64,000 nucleotides of DNA from Tubiluchus corallicola (GCA_030141605.1 JAQGDQ010000324.1:77745-141744), one strand, 5' to 3'. Counted from the first letter of the stretch, positions 13,578 through 28,262 are shown. Program-made: numbers and translations. Notes: generated from the sequence alone by a model not told the origin.

Positions 13578-13850
13578 AGTCCTTTCGCTATCCTTTCTAG
13601 ACCTATCTATTCATTTTAACCATTCTTCAAAACTTATTAGCGATTCTTTTATTAATCTTGTTTTATCGTTGTATTATAGAGATAAATAAATTGAAATTGA
13701 ATTGAGTCGAATTGTCTTTTCGCTATCCTTTCTCTAGTTCTAGATCTATCTATTCATTTTAACCATTCTTCAAAACTTAGTAGAGATTCTTTTATTAATC
13801 ATGTTTTATCGTAGTATTATAAAGAGATAAATAAATTAAAATAGAATTGA
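13578..13850. repeat. Local tandem duplication, about 135 bp x 2
   Basis: ttcgctatcctttct...tatctattcattttaaccattcttcaaaactta...gataaataaatt occurs twice in succession. Confidence 0.85.
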
Positions 13851-14652
13851 GAAAAAATTGAAATAATTATGCTTTTTACACACTACCATATTTTGAAAAA
13901 ATTTTACTTATAATAACTAAAATGACAAATGGCATCTTGTAAGTCGCACAAATGGCTGCAATAGCAAATATGTAATATTCTGCACAGCAGGTATTAACTT
14001 TAATGAGATCAGTGATCTAGGTCCATCCTTTTCCAACGTTTACTTAAAATTAAATAATAAATGAATAAAATTAAAATTTAAAAAAAAACTTAATCCCTTA
14101 TTTAAAATAATCTAACTATTGTGATTTGCAGGTTGGTTTTAAAGTGTTACTTAAATTTTTTTTAGAGATTAAATGCAACATTATTATTTGCTTCTGCACA
14201 TTGAGAACGAGATCAGCTTGGAAATGATTGCCTTTGCTGGATGACCATTTTGAACCTCATACCATGTCAACTGACCCCCTCTTCTCTTCCTTCTTCGTCT
14301 AGAGTATCAACTCAGTACATGTATGTAGTAGATATACACATTTTTGCAACCTAATGTTCAATAAACATATCAAATAATTCAGCACTGTCGTCTTGCACAT
14401 CATGACAGGAACCTTCCTAGCTCAATTTGCACCTATTTTTTCTATTTAATGATTACATTTTATTTTATTTGTTGGGTTCTTTTCTGCATAAGGAAAAATT
14501 TACAAACGCTGATCCACAAGTCTGTCTTATAGGATGTAGGTAACAGGTTGAACCTCTCGAAGGCTAAGTAATTATACTGTACTTTGCTCTCTGTGGACAT
14601 TTTTTATAAAGGATCATAAATGCTGCTTTGTTTAAGTCAAAGCACTCACAGC

Positions 14653-15174
14653 TAGGAGTGAGCATTCTCTATGAAAAATTTCCATCGAATTTCTCACTTT
14701 CGAACTCTAATCAAGCCGAATTCCAAGATTTCGAATTCAATTTTAAAGAGTTTCGAATCATTAACAAAAAATTGCAGAGATCATGATTATCGGTACATTT
14801 TGTTCTCCAGTACAAACACCAACAATTTATTTAAAGATTGTACACAGAAATCGCATTTAGAACATGCCGATTGAGTGCTGTTTCAAACATTATAATGATA
14901 AAAAATGACCTAGATGAAGTAGCGGATTATTTGATACATAGTTTTAGGTTCGAATAGAATTCGAATTAAAAAACTCATTCGAGTCGAATTCGAACATTAA
15001 TAATTTATTTAAAGATTTGCACAGAAATCGTACCTAAAACATGCTGATTGCATGCTGTTTCAAACGTTGTAATGATAAAAAAATTATGATGATGAAGAGA
15101 TGAATTATTCGAATCCATAGTTACGGATTAAAAACTCATTTGAATCGAATTCAAACGTTCTATCCTCAGCCCTA
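14653..15174. mobile_element. hAT-like MITE rich in TTCGAA motifs (family C)
   Basis: Ends taggagtgagcatt ... atcctcagcccta. Homologous to 47856-48220. Contains an internal duplication. Confidence 0.6.
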
Positions 15175-17303
15175 CCCTCACACCTGTCACTGATAATAAT
15201 GACGCTATTAAGAAAGAGTAACTAAAAGTCACTTATGCTGTGTACTCAGTGCAGTTTTGTTCTTAGCTTCAACAACCAGATATAAATCACTTTATCTGTA
15301 ACTGTCAACAAGGCAATGCCCCCAAAGAAATATCACCAAACAAACAACCGAAATGATAACCAACTGCTGAACATTTTCACAGTGCAAACTACATGTCAGC
15401 TACTCATTGCTACATGAACAAAGGCTACATCGTCATCCAAGTGAGTCACTACAGATTTAATCCAAGGCGTACTACTTACTCATCAGCAGTAACATTCAGG
15501 TAATAACAAAACAGCCAAACTATAAAAAAAAATTAAAATACAAGAAATTGATTACCAGAGCACATTAATTACAGAGACTCAGTCAGATAATTGGCAGTTA
15601 ATAGAAAAACAGGTGTACACTCCTTGGAGCTGCAGATAAAAATTTTGGGCTCTTTGGAAGGTCTATTTTCCATTGACTAAAATGATTTAATATCATTGGG
15701 CAACTAAACCTGTCAAATGATGGTGCCTTCATCTAACGAGTGCTTTTGTTTCCAAGAAGCAGAAATGGACTGGTTACTAAAGAAATATTAATTACGAGTT
15801 TTAAGGTTGCTAACATAATCTACTTGATCAACTGTTGATTTTCACTGAAGACAAAAGCTAACTGTGTTTTTAGCAAATTGGCTAGGCATAAGACTTTATC
15901 AGTCGAAGTTATCAACAAAATAAATACAAACGAGTATTACAGATAACAGGTGAACATAGTTTTACTAAGCCTGGGACAAAGTTTGAACTTTCCAAGCCAA
16001 ATCTGGAGGGAATCATTAACATACAGGATGTCTCAAAAGTCACCATATACCTTGATTTCTAATTTTCTCTTAATTCCTCTAGACAAGCCCTTACGTGAAT
16101 CAAAAGGGGTCTTTGGCAAATGTTTTTATTTTTTGACTTGAACACCATTGCTATGGCGATGACAGTAACATTAGAAATGAGGTCAAAAATCAGCCTGGCC
16201 CGAGGTCCTTTGACCATCAACTATAATTCAGTATAAGGACAACAGTATGCTTTCATTATTAACAATGTAGTTTTTTGACAAGATGCAGAAGTACCTCATG
16301 AGCTGTGAGGTACTTTCTCAATGCAAGATAACATTTATCATTATTTTTTTTGATATAGTAACTGCATCTAATGTAATTGCACGATTCAGACAGCTACCGA
16401 AACATCAATCTCAAAATTCATGAATTGCATCTTTTTGGGAAAAAACACCAAGCTGCTATGCCCTCTTAGGATAGGTCTACATCATAATAAGTTTTTTAAC
16501 AACTTTAAGTTTCATACAAGCTATCGCGAATATTTTGCATGGCATGAAATGCAAATTACCTATATAGCATAAATTACAATGGTGTGGCTAGCTATTAAAT
16601 CAATTTGGCAAAACTATATATAAGGCCCTGGAAATAACTGTTCTTACATATAATTTAACTGAGTGTTATTGTCTTATTGATATGTAGATACAATCATACA
16701 AATAGAAAATGTGTCCAAGTGATACTATTGCAACTAAGTTTAATAACAGATGTCAGATATCTTAAAAAGCTATGTAACCTTACCTGCTGTGGATAAAATT
16801 TGACTAGAGTATCGAAAACTAAACAACTTCACACGTTTGGTTTTCTGAGGTGGGCTTAAAAAAACTCGAGTTGCAAAGGTTCTGAATTTGGCTTGTTTGC
16901 AGTTAAATAATTGAAGATACAAGACCTTAGAATTTGCAAATTTCCAACACTTACTGTAATTTACAGTATTCTGTAAAATATGGTATGGATGTTACCGGGC
17001 AAACGTATCTTAGATCTTCATCATCATCATGCATACCCCAAAATTTTCATACAGCAGAAGCAGTATGTGTCAGCAAATTAGAATTTGGCAGCCCTAAAAG
17101 TGACGTCCTAATAGTAATAACTGCACAACCGGCATCCAAAAAAAAGCCTAATCACAACTTGACACAAAATCACATGTAACATTGACACAATATAAAATGA
17201 AAAGAATCGAGAAAAATTTAATGAGATTATCAATTCATATCCATAATGTATGAATCGGAAACATATTATTACTCATCGATGTCGTTAACATAATGATTCA
17301 CAC

Positions 17304-17405
17304 CTTTCTTTGCTGTTTTTCCCAGGCAGGGTCGAGTAACAGGTCCCTCTCCCATTCGTCCTCCTGTTTCATGTAGGCCTCATCGTCGTTGTTGTTGGTA
17401 GTCAT
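17304..17405 (-). CDS. ACTN: Alpha-actinin first coding exon ([34 protein letters not shown])
   Basis: Actinin-specific N-terminal motif [18 protein letters not shown]; donor GTGTGA; followed by an intron of about 11.9 kb. CCAAT box near 17578. Confidence 0.95.
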
Positions 17406-20184
17406 GCTTTTTAAATGTGACGCGTAGATGCGTCAAATTTTCTTACAACACCTAATGCTGAGGTAAATAAACTTTGCAAATTCAAAACAAAACAGAATTC
17501 AACCAACACGTAAAACACCAACTAACGTGAAGGCCGTGAACGGCACTGCAGGGGAAGTCATGTGGCGCGGTTTTTAACCAATCAGCGTGCGTTTCCGGAG
17601 TGATGCAATTATATGAAAACCTAAAAGAGCTATTTCAATGCCTGTGAAGTTTGAATCTGAGGCCCTGAACTATTAAAGCCACAGTATCTGTGGAAAACTT
17701 TTGATGCAGTTAACAGCAATAACAGATACCAAACTTCAAATCGAGGGATTGGTCAGCTCTTACAAATTTGAATCGAGTGTACGTATAAAACCTAAGTTTA
17801 ATTGTTTTTAAAGAGACTGATTCCAGATTCACACATTAACCACACAAAATAACAAATTATTGATTAAGTATGCGTGTAAATTAAAACTACAGAAATTTGG
17901 CTTAAGTCGCACATTAACGGACATTCTACTGAACATAAAATTATTTAATTCGGTTAATGAAATAAAATGCGTGGAAAATTTCTTTAAATGTTTCTTTGCT
18001 AAGTACTATATTCTTGATTGATTAGTTTGCAAACTATTTTGCAGTCCGCCCAATAAATCGACAAGCCGCTAATCAATTGCTTATCGATAACGCTGCAGTA
18101 AGTTCTGAAAACATTTTTCCATAAGTATGTATTATCATAAATTCTTTTTTTGTTTTTGTCTCCGATAGGTGGCAGAATGGTGCAGTACAACTTGTACAAC
18201 TAACACGAGCAAGAATCATTAAAACGAACCTGGAGCGAACTAGAGTGAACTATTGAGTTGATCTCTGTATACAACATGACTTCTAGTATGTAAGGACTCT
18301 AAAATAATTTAGTCGGTGGCCACCGGACTGCACAAACCACAAAATTCCTATACATTATAGATCAAGATGTTGTATACATGTTATACAGCTTACACTAATT
18401 ACATGCATATACAGATAGGTTGATTTATTATCCACCTGATTGCTACATTCCATACGTTCAATGTTAGTTCACTAAGCAATCCTATATTTACGTTAATGAC
18501 TTAGTAATAGTACATATTTCGTAGGTAAATTCCTTCACACTAGATTATAAAAGTTTTCTTTTGACAACTGCGCACATGATTATTCATTAATGGCAACATT
18601 ACTGAAAGTGTAGTTGACTTTGATAACTTTTAGTTCTTCGTATGCATACACTACCTTCCTACATACCTACCTACCTGCATACATACGTACGCAGACGTCG
18701 CAGAAATTAATTCAGTAAACCTCTTTTAGGAAAGCTTCATTTCTGTAAGAAGTTTATGTCATAGATTTTTCTGCTGCTTGGATTTGCCTCAAGTCACCTA
18801 TCATTTTGACGATATTCAGGGTAAACGTGGATAAAAAAACTCTGAATAGCACATCGGGGGAATGCAGACCTATGTGTTTTCCTTGCACAGATTTCGGCTA
18901 TTATAATTGTTACAGTATTCCCATTGAAATGCGTAGAAACCATTGATTAAAATGGTAAAAAGTGGGGGAATAAGTCTGAACGCTTGCCAACTTGCATTCT
19001 AAAAAAATAATGGCAAAGAAGAAGAAAAACTCATAAAAACCATGTTAAATGAGTTGTATGAAGTTTGGAAATGGATGCGCTTTATTTGCTTTAAATGAGT
19101 TATACTTTGAAAATGTTTTCTAGTCGTTCTTTCAGCATACTAGAATTTATGCTGAAATTAACGTTACCATTAATACAAAGCGTTTAGCTCTAAACAAACA
19201 AAAAATATTAGTCCTTGTTCAAGTGCTGAAATACTGAAAGACCTTCATAAATCTGCCAAAAACAGGGAGGATGTTTAAGTACTAGACATTGATTGCAGTA
19301 TATTGATGGTTGAAATACTCAATCCCTCAAGTATCATCAGTACAGAAATTGTCTGAATGGAATTGAATGTGAGGCTTTAATTGATCTATTATTTTCACCT
19401 GTCACTCAGACTTCCAGGGAAGATAAAACCGACGCAGGTAGATATGATCAGCAGGTGGATGCGGCAAGCGCACAGTATAATCAGCGACAGGTAAATACAG
19501 GTGCGATGAAGCCGGCTTAGTGTTGTGATTGTGCAGCAACCTATACATCAGCTCATGCCTACATCATAAACCAGCGGAGTGACTACATGATTGTGTAGCT
19601 ACGCTTTTTATAATTTTCTGTTGAAATAAAACACTTAAGTTACTCTCAGTAATTCATGTGCAGTTTTTTCACCACTTGGTTGCAGTTAACCTTGAAAAAA
19701 CCCGAAATCTGATGATTTTTTCAAACATACCGCTTCGCTTTCCGTGGTGGACACGAAAACAGTTATAACACTCTAAATTAAACGTGTCTATGAAAATTGG
19801 TGTTGAAAATGCAAACATTTTTTTAATAGGCACGAACGGAAACAACGAAAATGCTGTTTAATAATTAATAATAATATAATTATTATTTGGCTTGATCACG
19901 TAATATGCGATTGTAGTTAGTGTGTGACTTGAAGTGGCAGATGTAGTTCTGGAGAACAATTATTACCATTAACAAATACGTGAAATAACAAACATCTTTA
20001 TTCCTAAATAGCGAAGACATTAGCTTTGTTGGGAAACTATAGGTGGACGACATCCATTTTCATCTGAAGTTCTAGAATGTGACGTTCGAGGAAGTGTTTT
20101 TACCACAGTACACATTTAGTGTTTAATTTTCGTTAGTAACTGAAATAGAAATTGAGAAAAAGCTTGTTCTTTCCTGGATATATC

Positions 20185-21696
20185 ATGGAAGACATATACA
20201 ATGAAACTAGTGGCCATTTTAACCCGGAAGAAATCATTTTTCATTTCTTCAGCAATGAACCAGCGAAGTTTGAATTTTCGCTGGCCGGGCGTCGTTCGGT
20301 GGCTACTTATCTGATGTTGGTGACTGTACTCAGCGTACTTTTTAACTCGGCGGTGCTCTTCGCAATAGCTCAAGTGCGACAACGCAAAGAACGCTTTTAT
20401 CCAAACTTGTTTATTATAGAAATCGTCTCCATTTCGGACATGGCCACTGCTTTGCTAACCATACCGTTTTTGGTGGTGACGACAGTCAAAGACGCGTGGA
20501 TATTTGGGGAGGTCTTCTGTAATTTGTCTGCTGGTTTGAATACGCTGCTTCTCTCTGGTTCTGTCTATAGCGTTTTGGTTTTGAGTGCTGAAAGGTACGT
20601 GTCAATAGTCAAACCTCATTTGTATAATAGTTTAATAACGCAGAAAAACTGTTACCTGGGGATGGGAGCCGGATGGACGCTGGCGGCCATTTTAACTCTT
20701 GTACAAATTTTAATGGAGAACTACTTTTTCTACCGCGGTAAATCAGGCTGCTTTATGAACTGGTACTCTGGAAGTAGTAATTTGGTATTTAACTACCTAC
20801 ACGTGTGTGTTTACATCGTAACACCAATGGCGCTCATACTTGTACTGGATCTTTTAATAGTCCGCGCTGCCAGACACCACCACTCAAACCCCAATCGGTT
20901 CTCAAACAGGAGTAACTCCATCGTACCGGTAGATGAGCAACACATGAACATATTAAAACGAGCTTCGAAATCAATCAGTTTAGAAGCCGATCACAAAGCC
21001 AATCAAATATCCTTGTATCAACTGAAAGCTGCCAGAGTTCTCCTAACCGTGGTTTTGTTTTTTCTCATTTGTTACACGCCATTTTGGACGGTGAATGTTC
21101 TCGCGTCGCTGGGGTACTTTGCCGGCGCGGTGATTCCAGCGAGGCTCGACAGGGTTGTGACTGTGCTCATCTACACGCACTGCTTTCTGAATGCAATGTT
21201 CTACGGATTCTCCAACCGTAACATCAAGAAGAGCTTGGAACGAAGCTGGCAGAACTTCAAGACTCAGTTAGCGTCACCTACCGCTTCCGTGACGGTAGGA
21301 GTGAGTACAGGTAACGAAGCGACGACACCTTCCCCGTCTCTGCCGCGGGGTGGTACACCCCTCTATTCCTCTTCAAGTGCTGTATCGACCATGGACATTC
21401 ATGATCTATTTCGCAAGCTAGAGCAATTGCAAGGTAACCGACAACAACTGAAGGTGCAGCAAGGATCGACTGCATCTGTGCCAGCTGACATCCGCCAGGA
21501 AGACTCCCATTCAAAAGGAAACAATTCCATTGAACCCATACTGGATGTATACGCTGTGGCAAGAAACTGTATCACGCCTGATTTCAATTCAAGAAATCGC
21601 TTACAGCTGCCTCTACATGTGGTGACTGCAAAAAGTGAAATTCTAAACAAAAGTTTTGCAAACGACGAACAACAGGAACAAGGGGACCTTGACTGA
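20185..21696 (+). CDS. Intronless rhodopsin-like (class A) GPCR, 503 aa, ligand unknown
   Basis: First in-frame ATG at 20185. Seven hydrophobic segments, TM2 SD motif, WIFGEVFC, ERY (DRY-like), TM6 CYTP, TM7 NAMFY, long Ser/Thr-rich C-tail. Confidence 0.93.
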   Translation: MEDIYNETSGHFNPEEIIFHFFSNEPAKFEFSLAGRRSVATYLMLVTVLSVLFNSAVLFAIAQVRQRKERFYPNLFIIEIVSISDMATALLTIPFLVVTTVKDAWIFGEVFCNLSAGLNTLLLSGSVYSVLVLSAERYVSIVKPHLYNSLITQKNCYLGMGAGWTLAAILTLVQILMENYFFYRGKSGCFMNWYSGSSNLVFNYLHVCVYIVTPMALILVLDLLIVRAARHHHSNPNRFSNRSNSIVPVDEQHMNILKRASKSISLEADHKANQISLYQLKAARVLLTVVLFFLICYTPFWTVNVLASLGYFAGAVIPARLDRVVTVLIYTHCFLNAMFYGFSNRNIKKSLERSWQNFKTQLASPTASVTVGVSTGNEATTPSPSLPRGGTPLYSSSSAVSTMDIHDLFRKLEQLQGNRQQLKVQQGSTASVPADIRQEDSHSKGNNSIEPILDVYAVARNCITPDFNSRNRLQLPLHVVTAKSEILNKSFANDEQQEQGDLD

Positions 21697-21755
21697 AGGC
21701 TGCAAACAACATCAGATAATGATGGATAATAGCCAGTTGCTGGTGGATAACCTAG

Positions 21756-22133
21756 TTATAAGCATGGTCCCGTTTGAACTAATAACTCCAACAAAGCAGT
21801 TAACATAGAATTTAAAAATCTATTCTTTACATTTCGGCTATCCTAGCAGCCATCTTCAACAAATCGTAACCTACAAACAAAAGCAGAATGGATTTACTTT
21901 GGAAACTGAAATTGTAACCGCAAGAACAAACGCATTGCTTGTTATTAGTATCCAAACTACTGTGCATTTCCTGGCTTATAATTTCAGTTTCTAAAGTAGA
22001 TCCATTCTGTTTTCGTTTGTGGGTTTTGATCTGCTAAGGATGGTTGCTAAGGCAGCGGAGACGCCCAGAACCAATTTCTTGGCGATGATAACTTCTTACT
22101 TGTTGTTACTATTTCAAATGGGCATTCTTATAA
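21756..22133. mobile_element. Palindromic (foldback/MITE-like) element just downstream of the GPCR stop
   Basis: Arms of about 170 bp are reverse complements, e.g. agcagaatggatttactttggaaactgaaattgtaa vs ttataatttcagtttctaaagtagatccattctgtt. Confidence 0.75.
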
Positions 22134-24369
22134 ACAGTCAAATAAGACAGCTGAATGAATGTAGAGGGAGGGTTTTATTTTTATTTTGTTGCTAGCTCTC
22201 ATTTACTGCTAAAACAAGATGTTATACTGTAAATGCAAGTGTAAAATGGATGGGCTGATTCCATAAGCTTTTGTCCACCTTTCCAGGTTGAATGTTGATT
22301 GCATTTATACAAAATTTCAGACGTTTTTATGCCAGGGATAACAGTCTCTACATATGTCATATAATTTTGATTCAAAGCTTCTAGATCACTTTCAAATCAC
22401 CAAACTGCTGTTATAAGTGCCAATGAATATCTGGAAAGATTTTAAAGGGAGGGTCACTAATGTTTTGTTGATTTCATATCTAAATGTATTAATAAATACA
22501 GTATAAAATATATGATATAATATTAAATATATTAAATAAGTTGTTGGAGGACTAAAATATGGTCATGGCATTGAGAATTAAAAATGGAATGTTATTTTTT
22601 TAATACCACACCTCTTTTTACAGTTATTAAATGTATACTTTGAAGTCAATAAATTTTAATTAATGTATCTTAAAAACTAATATTTAAATGATATTTAATG
22701 TTATTTAATGACTTCAAGACATTTCAGCATAGTGCTTATGCAGGGTGGAAATGGGATGCCAGTCACTGTCCGTTGGTGTGTTGGTTGTTGTGTTGAGGAT
22801 TAATAAGTTATTCGATTGTCGTCCATTTACGCCTCTGGCCAGTGCCTGGCACCTCAGCTTATACTTTTACTTATACTTGTTTCTCATATAAGTTAACTTG
22901 GTTGGTAGGTTGTTAAGTGAAAGCAAAACTGGATCCAATCTTAAACTGTAGGTCAAAACAATCTGCTCTTTAAAATATTGAAAGGAAACATACTATTTTT
23001 TTCAAAAATGACTTATGTGAAAGAATTGTTACCACGCAAACACAATTTCAAGTTCGCGCCACTAGTTCTTCGCTATTACATGCATTTCACATTCGCTAGT
23101 TATACGCGCACTTGCGCCATCATTTCGGAAACTCATTGCACAAAAAACAGGTGCTGTACCTCTCAGTTCAGACGTGTTAGTTTGTGACGAACTACACACG
23201 TTAGATAGCTCGTGCATGAGCACAGCGGTAAATTTGAATTTTTATCTTAAGACTTGCCTAGTTTTTGTACAACACACTGAATCTCTTACAGTAGCACTGT
23301 ACTTCAATTTTTGCTTTCGCAGACACGTGCAAGACGTTCGTGGAATATTTTCGCTGTTGGAAATTATGTTAGTTTGTGATGTCATCAATAGTTGGGCTCG
23401 CCCGCCGTTAATTAAGTTTCTAATCTATTATTTAATTATCAGAACCGCTTTTGCAGTATTAGTTCTGTTAAAATGTATACTTTTTATTGGATTTGAAAAT
23501 GAGGTCGTATATGAAAAATCGTTCGGTCTTCCTTTAAGTTAAGTAGACGAGTACTAGAATAGCTACGTGAATAATATAGTAAGCGGGCAGGTAGAGAGTC
23601 CAATCCATAGGGGTGAATAGGTAGGCAGACAGGTATTCAACGCTTATTTATTCTACAACACATTATGCAGGTGCTTCAGTAATGATACACTTGTCATTAT
23701 TATTACGTATATATTAAATTTGTTAGACCACTTCCCGTGGGTAAAAATCAAAGGACAAAAACAACATTTGTTTACCGTAGCTTATTTAACATACAACGTT
23801 GGCACTAATGGCTATTCGGCGATTTACAACAATACGGGTAAGGACGCAATACACAAATAACGAATAACATGCAGAATTTAATTGTAATTTAAACCACACG
23901 GCCACCCAACCCAGGACGACGGTACTTAAAATCAAAGCTTGAGCAAAACTGATATGGATTGTAACGCACGCACGCACATGCACACATACACACACCAGCT
24001 TCGGTTACTGCCATAGTAATGTGTCAAATAATTGCCAAAGAGCTGATCCGGGAATTAAGGACCACCAAAATCGCTAACACAATTGCACACTTTGTGAGAA
24101 GCTCACATCAGACGAAATCCTTCCAATACCGCCTCTCATACCAACTCGGCGAACACACGTCTCTATTTACGATTTGCCTGAATATTAAACGATACGTTAG
24201 AACTGACAGCGGCTGCTTGAAGACAGTATTCTTGGCACAGAATGTGCAGATAAGTAAGTGGGTACTGAGTAAGATAGGCAGATGAGTAGACACGTGTAGT
24301 TAGCTGGGTGGCTTTGCAAATTGGTAGGTAGGTGTAAACGTACTAGACAAATAGCAAAGTAAATAGGTC

Positions 24370-24513
24370 GGTAAATCGGTAGGTAGGTGAATAAGTAGGT
24401 GGGTAGTAGTTTTGTTGATAGGTAGCCAAAAAGGTAGGTATGTAGGTAGGTAGGTAGGTAGGTAGATACCTAGGAAGATGTATATGTATGTATGTATGTA
24501 TGTATGGTATGTA

Positions 24514-24554
<41 letters not shown>

Positions 24555-24760
24555 ATGCGTGCGTGCATGTGTGTGTATGTATGTAGATAGGTAGGTAGGT
24601 AGTTAAGTAGGCAGGTAGGTAGGTAGGTAGGTAGGTAGGTAGGTAGGTAGGTAGGTAAGTTAGTAGATAGGTAGATGGTGGCAGGCAGGCAGGTAGATAG
24701 GTAGGTAGCTAGAAAGTACTAAGTAGTTAGGTAGGTAGGTTGCTGTAGGCAGGCAGAGCT
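24370..24760. repeat. Compound microsatellite (TAGG)n/(TATG)n/(TG)n
   Basis: Directly visible. Confidence 0.95.
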
Positions 24761-25315
24761 AGGTAATTAAACCATTCGCAGACAGTGAGAGCATGATTTT
24801 TGCACCACAGACACATGCTTTGTGTAGAGTCATAAACTATTCTTGTTCCCACTAAATTCTTTCTGATAACATCCTTTTCAGGACGACCGAATCAGTTAGT
24901 AGCAGAATCTAGCGATTATCGCATTAACTCGGCTCAGTTTATTTAAGGGTGACGCCTAGACGCTACGTCCTGTTGACGGATTCACTTTTAACCTGGCTTC
25001 CTTTTGGCTTCACTTCATTATCGGCACATTTACCGATAGTAGAGTGGCAAATGGGTGTCCATGCATAAAGCAGCAATTGATAACAATAATGGCAGATCCA
25101 CGGATGGGAGATAGCAGAAATTAAGTGATGGATATACATTTGTTACTTACCCTTTTACGAGTGTCTTCGTCGCAGGCTTGGGGAATCAAATAAAGCTTGA
25201 TTTAAAAAACGAACTTTGAATTTGAATTATTCTCAGCAAATGTTTTACGTTAAAAAAACTTTGAAAGGTTTTATTTGTGACACAAAATGATGTAGTAAAT
25301 GAGGGGTCTTGAAGT

Positions 25316-26081
<766 letters not shown>

Positions 26082-27635
26082 ACTAAAAAACTGACGGCTG
26101 GGCACTGTTCGCAATTACACCACCTAATACTTATCAGTCTGGGCAGCTCAAGACGTTTAGCTTGTTTTCAATAATTTGTAGAAATTGCAAAATTGCAGTT
26201 AATTATTAACAATTACATGTAATATTACTTTCAAAATATGTAGGACGAAACCAAACAAAATTAAACGAATTAAATGTATTTATTATTGGCACATTCTTGA
26301 ATAGATTAATACACTGTGTATAGACGATTATAGATACTTTATATATTTTTTATAATTTACGTTCATACTGGAATTAATATAGTTAAATAATATACATTCA
26401 TCATCTAGAACTATATCTTTAGAATTCTATCATATAGTACATATATTTGTAGAATAAATACTTCAATAGATTGCAAAGATTTAATAACTATAATACATAG
26501 ATCTTTTCTAAAAATAGTAACGCCATTTTAGATTTCGTTGAGATTTAGATGAAAGCAGAGTGCGTCGTTTTTTATGTGTAACCATAAACAGTTGGTGCAC
26601 ATTTTTAGACATATGATCGTAATGCAGACTCAGTTGGATAACTGCATATAAAATATGTAATTAAGATAAATTACTTACCATGTTTATTGAAAGACAGGCA
26701 GTTTTTTTTACATGAGAACGATCTATTGAAAATACGTTAGAAATTTTATGGGGCTACTATTTTTTGGGACTGAGTATAGGTGCTACTATCCGACAAACCC
26801 TACCACCAATCTGATATAAGAGAACGTTGTTAAGGTTCATTATATCACAGAAGGCTCGTCAGATTACAACAGAACATTAAGAAACAAAAATATATCATTA
26901 TGTAACAGTAACAGATCACAAAATTCGTCATTATGTAAAAGGTTTTATATCATTATGTTACAGACAAAAAATAATCCATTACATATAACAGTCGAACGTA
27001 CGGTTGGTCCCGGTCTGTGGTCGGTATCTTTTTATCAAGATTTGGGTTTGGTTGTGACTATGTCTTGTCAAGTCTGGTTTAGTATCAAAGAGACCAGTTC
27101 CCAGTGACTCCTATATCAGAAAAACTATAATCACAGCCTCAGCCAGATCCACAAATAGAACAGGAGAACAAAAACTAATCTGAGCAAATCCAACCGTATG
27201 GCAATAGTATGGCAAGATGCAACTGCAGATCACGACCATTCTTACATTAGCTCATTACATAATGCAACATTTTTGTTACATAATGATTATATATATATAT
27301 ATACACACATTTCCTGATGCAAAAATTGTCATACAGTGTTTGTCACATTATGGCATAAAATTTGCTATGCAACGATGAATTTTGTGATCTGTTACATAAT
27401 ACAGCATTTTTGTTACACAATGTTATATTGTTGCATAATGACCATTTTGTCACATAGTGAACTTTAATAAAATAACGTCCTTCTGCTATTTGAGTTTTAA
27501 TAAAAGCCAGAAAGTTAAAGGGAAAGTCTTCTGCTGCACATAGCCAGTTAGTCAGTAGTTGGTGAAACGTAGAACGATTGAAGTTTTGGTTCAGTTTTGA
27601 AGTCGATGATTTCAGTGGGACAATAAATTTCTGCT

Positions 27636-28262
27636 TTAAGAATTGAAAATTTTGGAGACGTTTTGGCATCTACATTTCTTGATGATTTTTATCCGCTGGG
27701 TAAAAGCAGCCGGCGTTTGATCCGGGCATTTGAGCTGCACGTGGCGCCACCTAAACTTGCTCGGCTTGCAGAAGGAACAAGACTTGAACGCTTGAGTGTC
27801 CTTGACGAAATGACCACGCTTCGGTATGAAAAACGAATTGCATTGACCATAGCAGAACCGGTTCACGATGCTGACCGATTCACAGCCTTTGCGTCGAACT
27901 TTTTGGCGGAGTGGTTGCGTTTTACACCAGTCCCGTTTCAGGTATTTCTTCTGAGTAACGATCAGTGCTCGCCGACTGGATCTGAGAATCTGATTTCCAG
28001 GTGTTCTGACGAAGACATTTTTCGTCCGTGACGACACGCTCATGTCCGGTTGATGACCTTTCAACACGAAGTCCGGCTCGCCGAGAATTCTGATGAGACT
28101 GGTACTGTTGAGAAACACAGGGCCATTGTCATCAAGAAATGAATTCTCTTCTGGTATTGTGGCCACTCTTTTGTCCAGGTTCTGATCTTTACCATTTATA
28201 GTCGGGCTCAAGAACAAAAATGATGATGCGTAGATGATAAATGTTACTTCTTTGCTTGATAT
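27636..28262 (-). CDS. GREM: Gremlin (DAN-family cystine-knot BMP antagonist), main coding exon
   Basis: KYLKRDWCKTQPL...GC...NRFCYGQCNSFFIP...SCSFCKP...CP...KCRC closely matches gremlin. The frame stays open up to a tttttcag acceptor (exon start 28262) and begins with a signal-peptide-like stretch. The ATG-bearing exon was not resolved. Confidence 0.92.
   Translation of the reverse strand: MSSKEVTFIIYASSFLFLSPTINGKDQNLDKRVATIPEENSFLDDNGPVFLNSTSLIRILGEPDFVLKGHQPDMSVSSRTKNVFVRTPGNQILRSSRRALIVTQKKYLKRDWCKTQPLRQKVRRKGCESVSIVNRFCYGQCNSFFIPKRGHFVKDTQAFKSCSFCKPSKFRWRHVQLKCPDQTPAAFTQRIKIIKKCRCQNVSKIFNS

Noticed and set aside
20185-21696. Opsin assignment for the GPCR
   Set aside because: The position equivalent to the retinal-binding Lys (six residues before the TM7 Asn) is Tyr.
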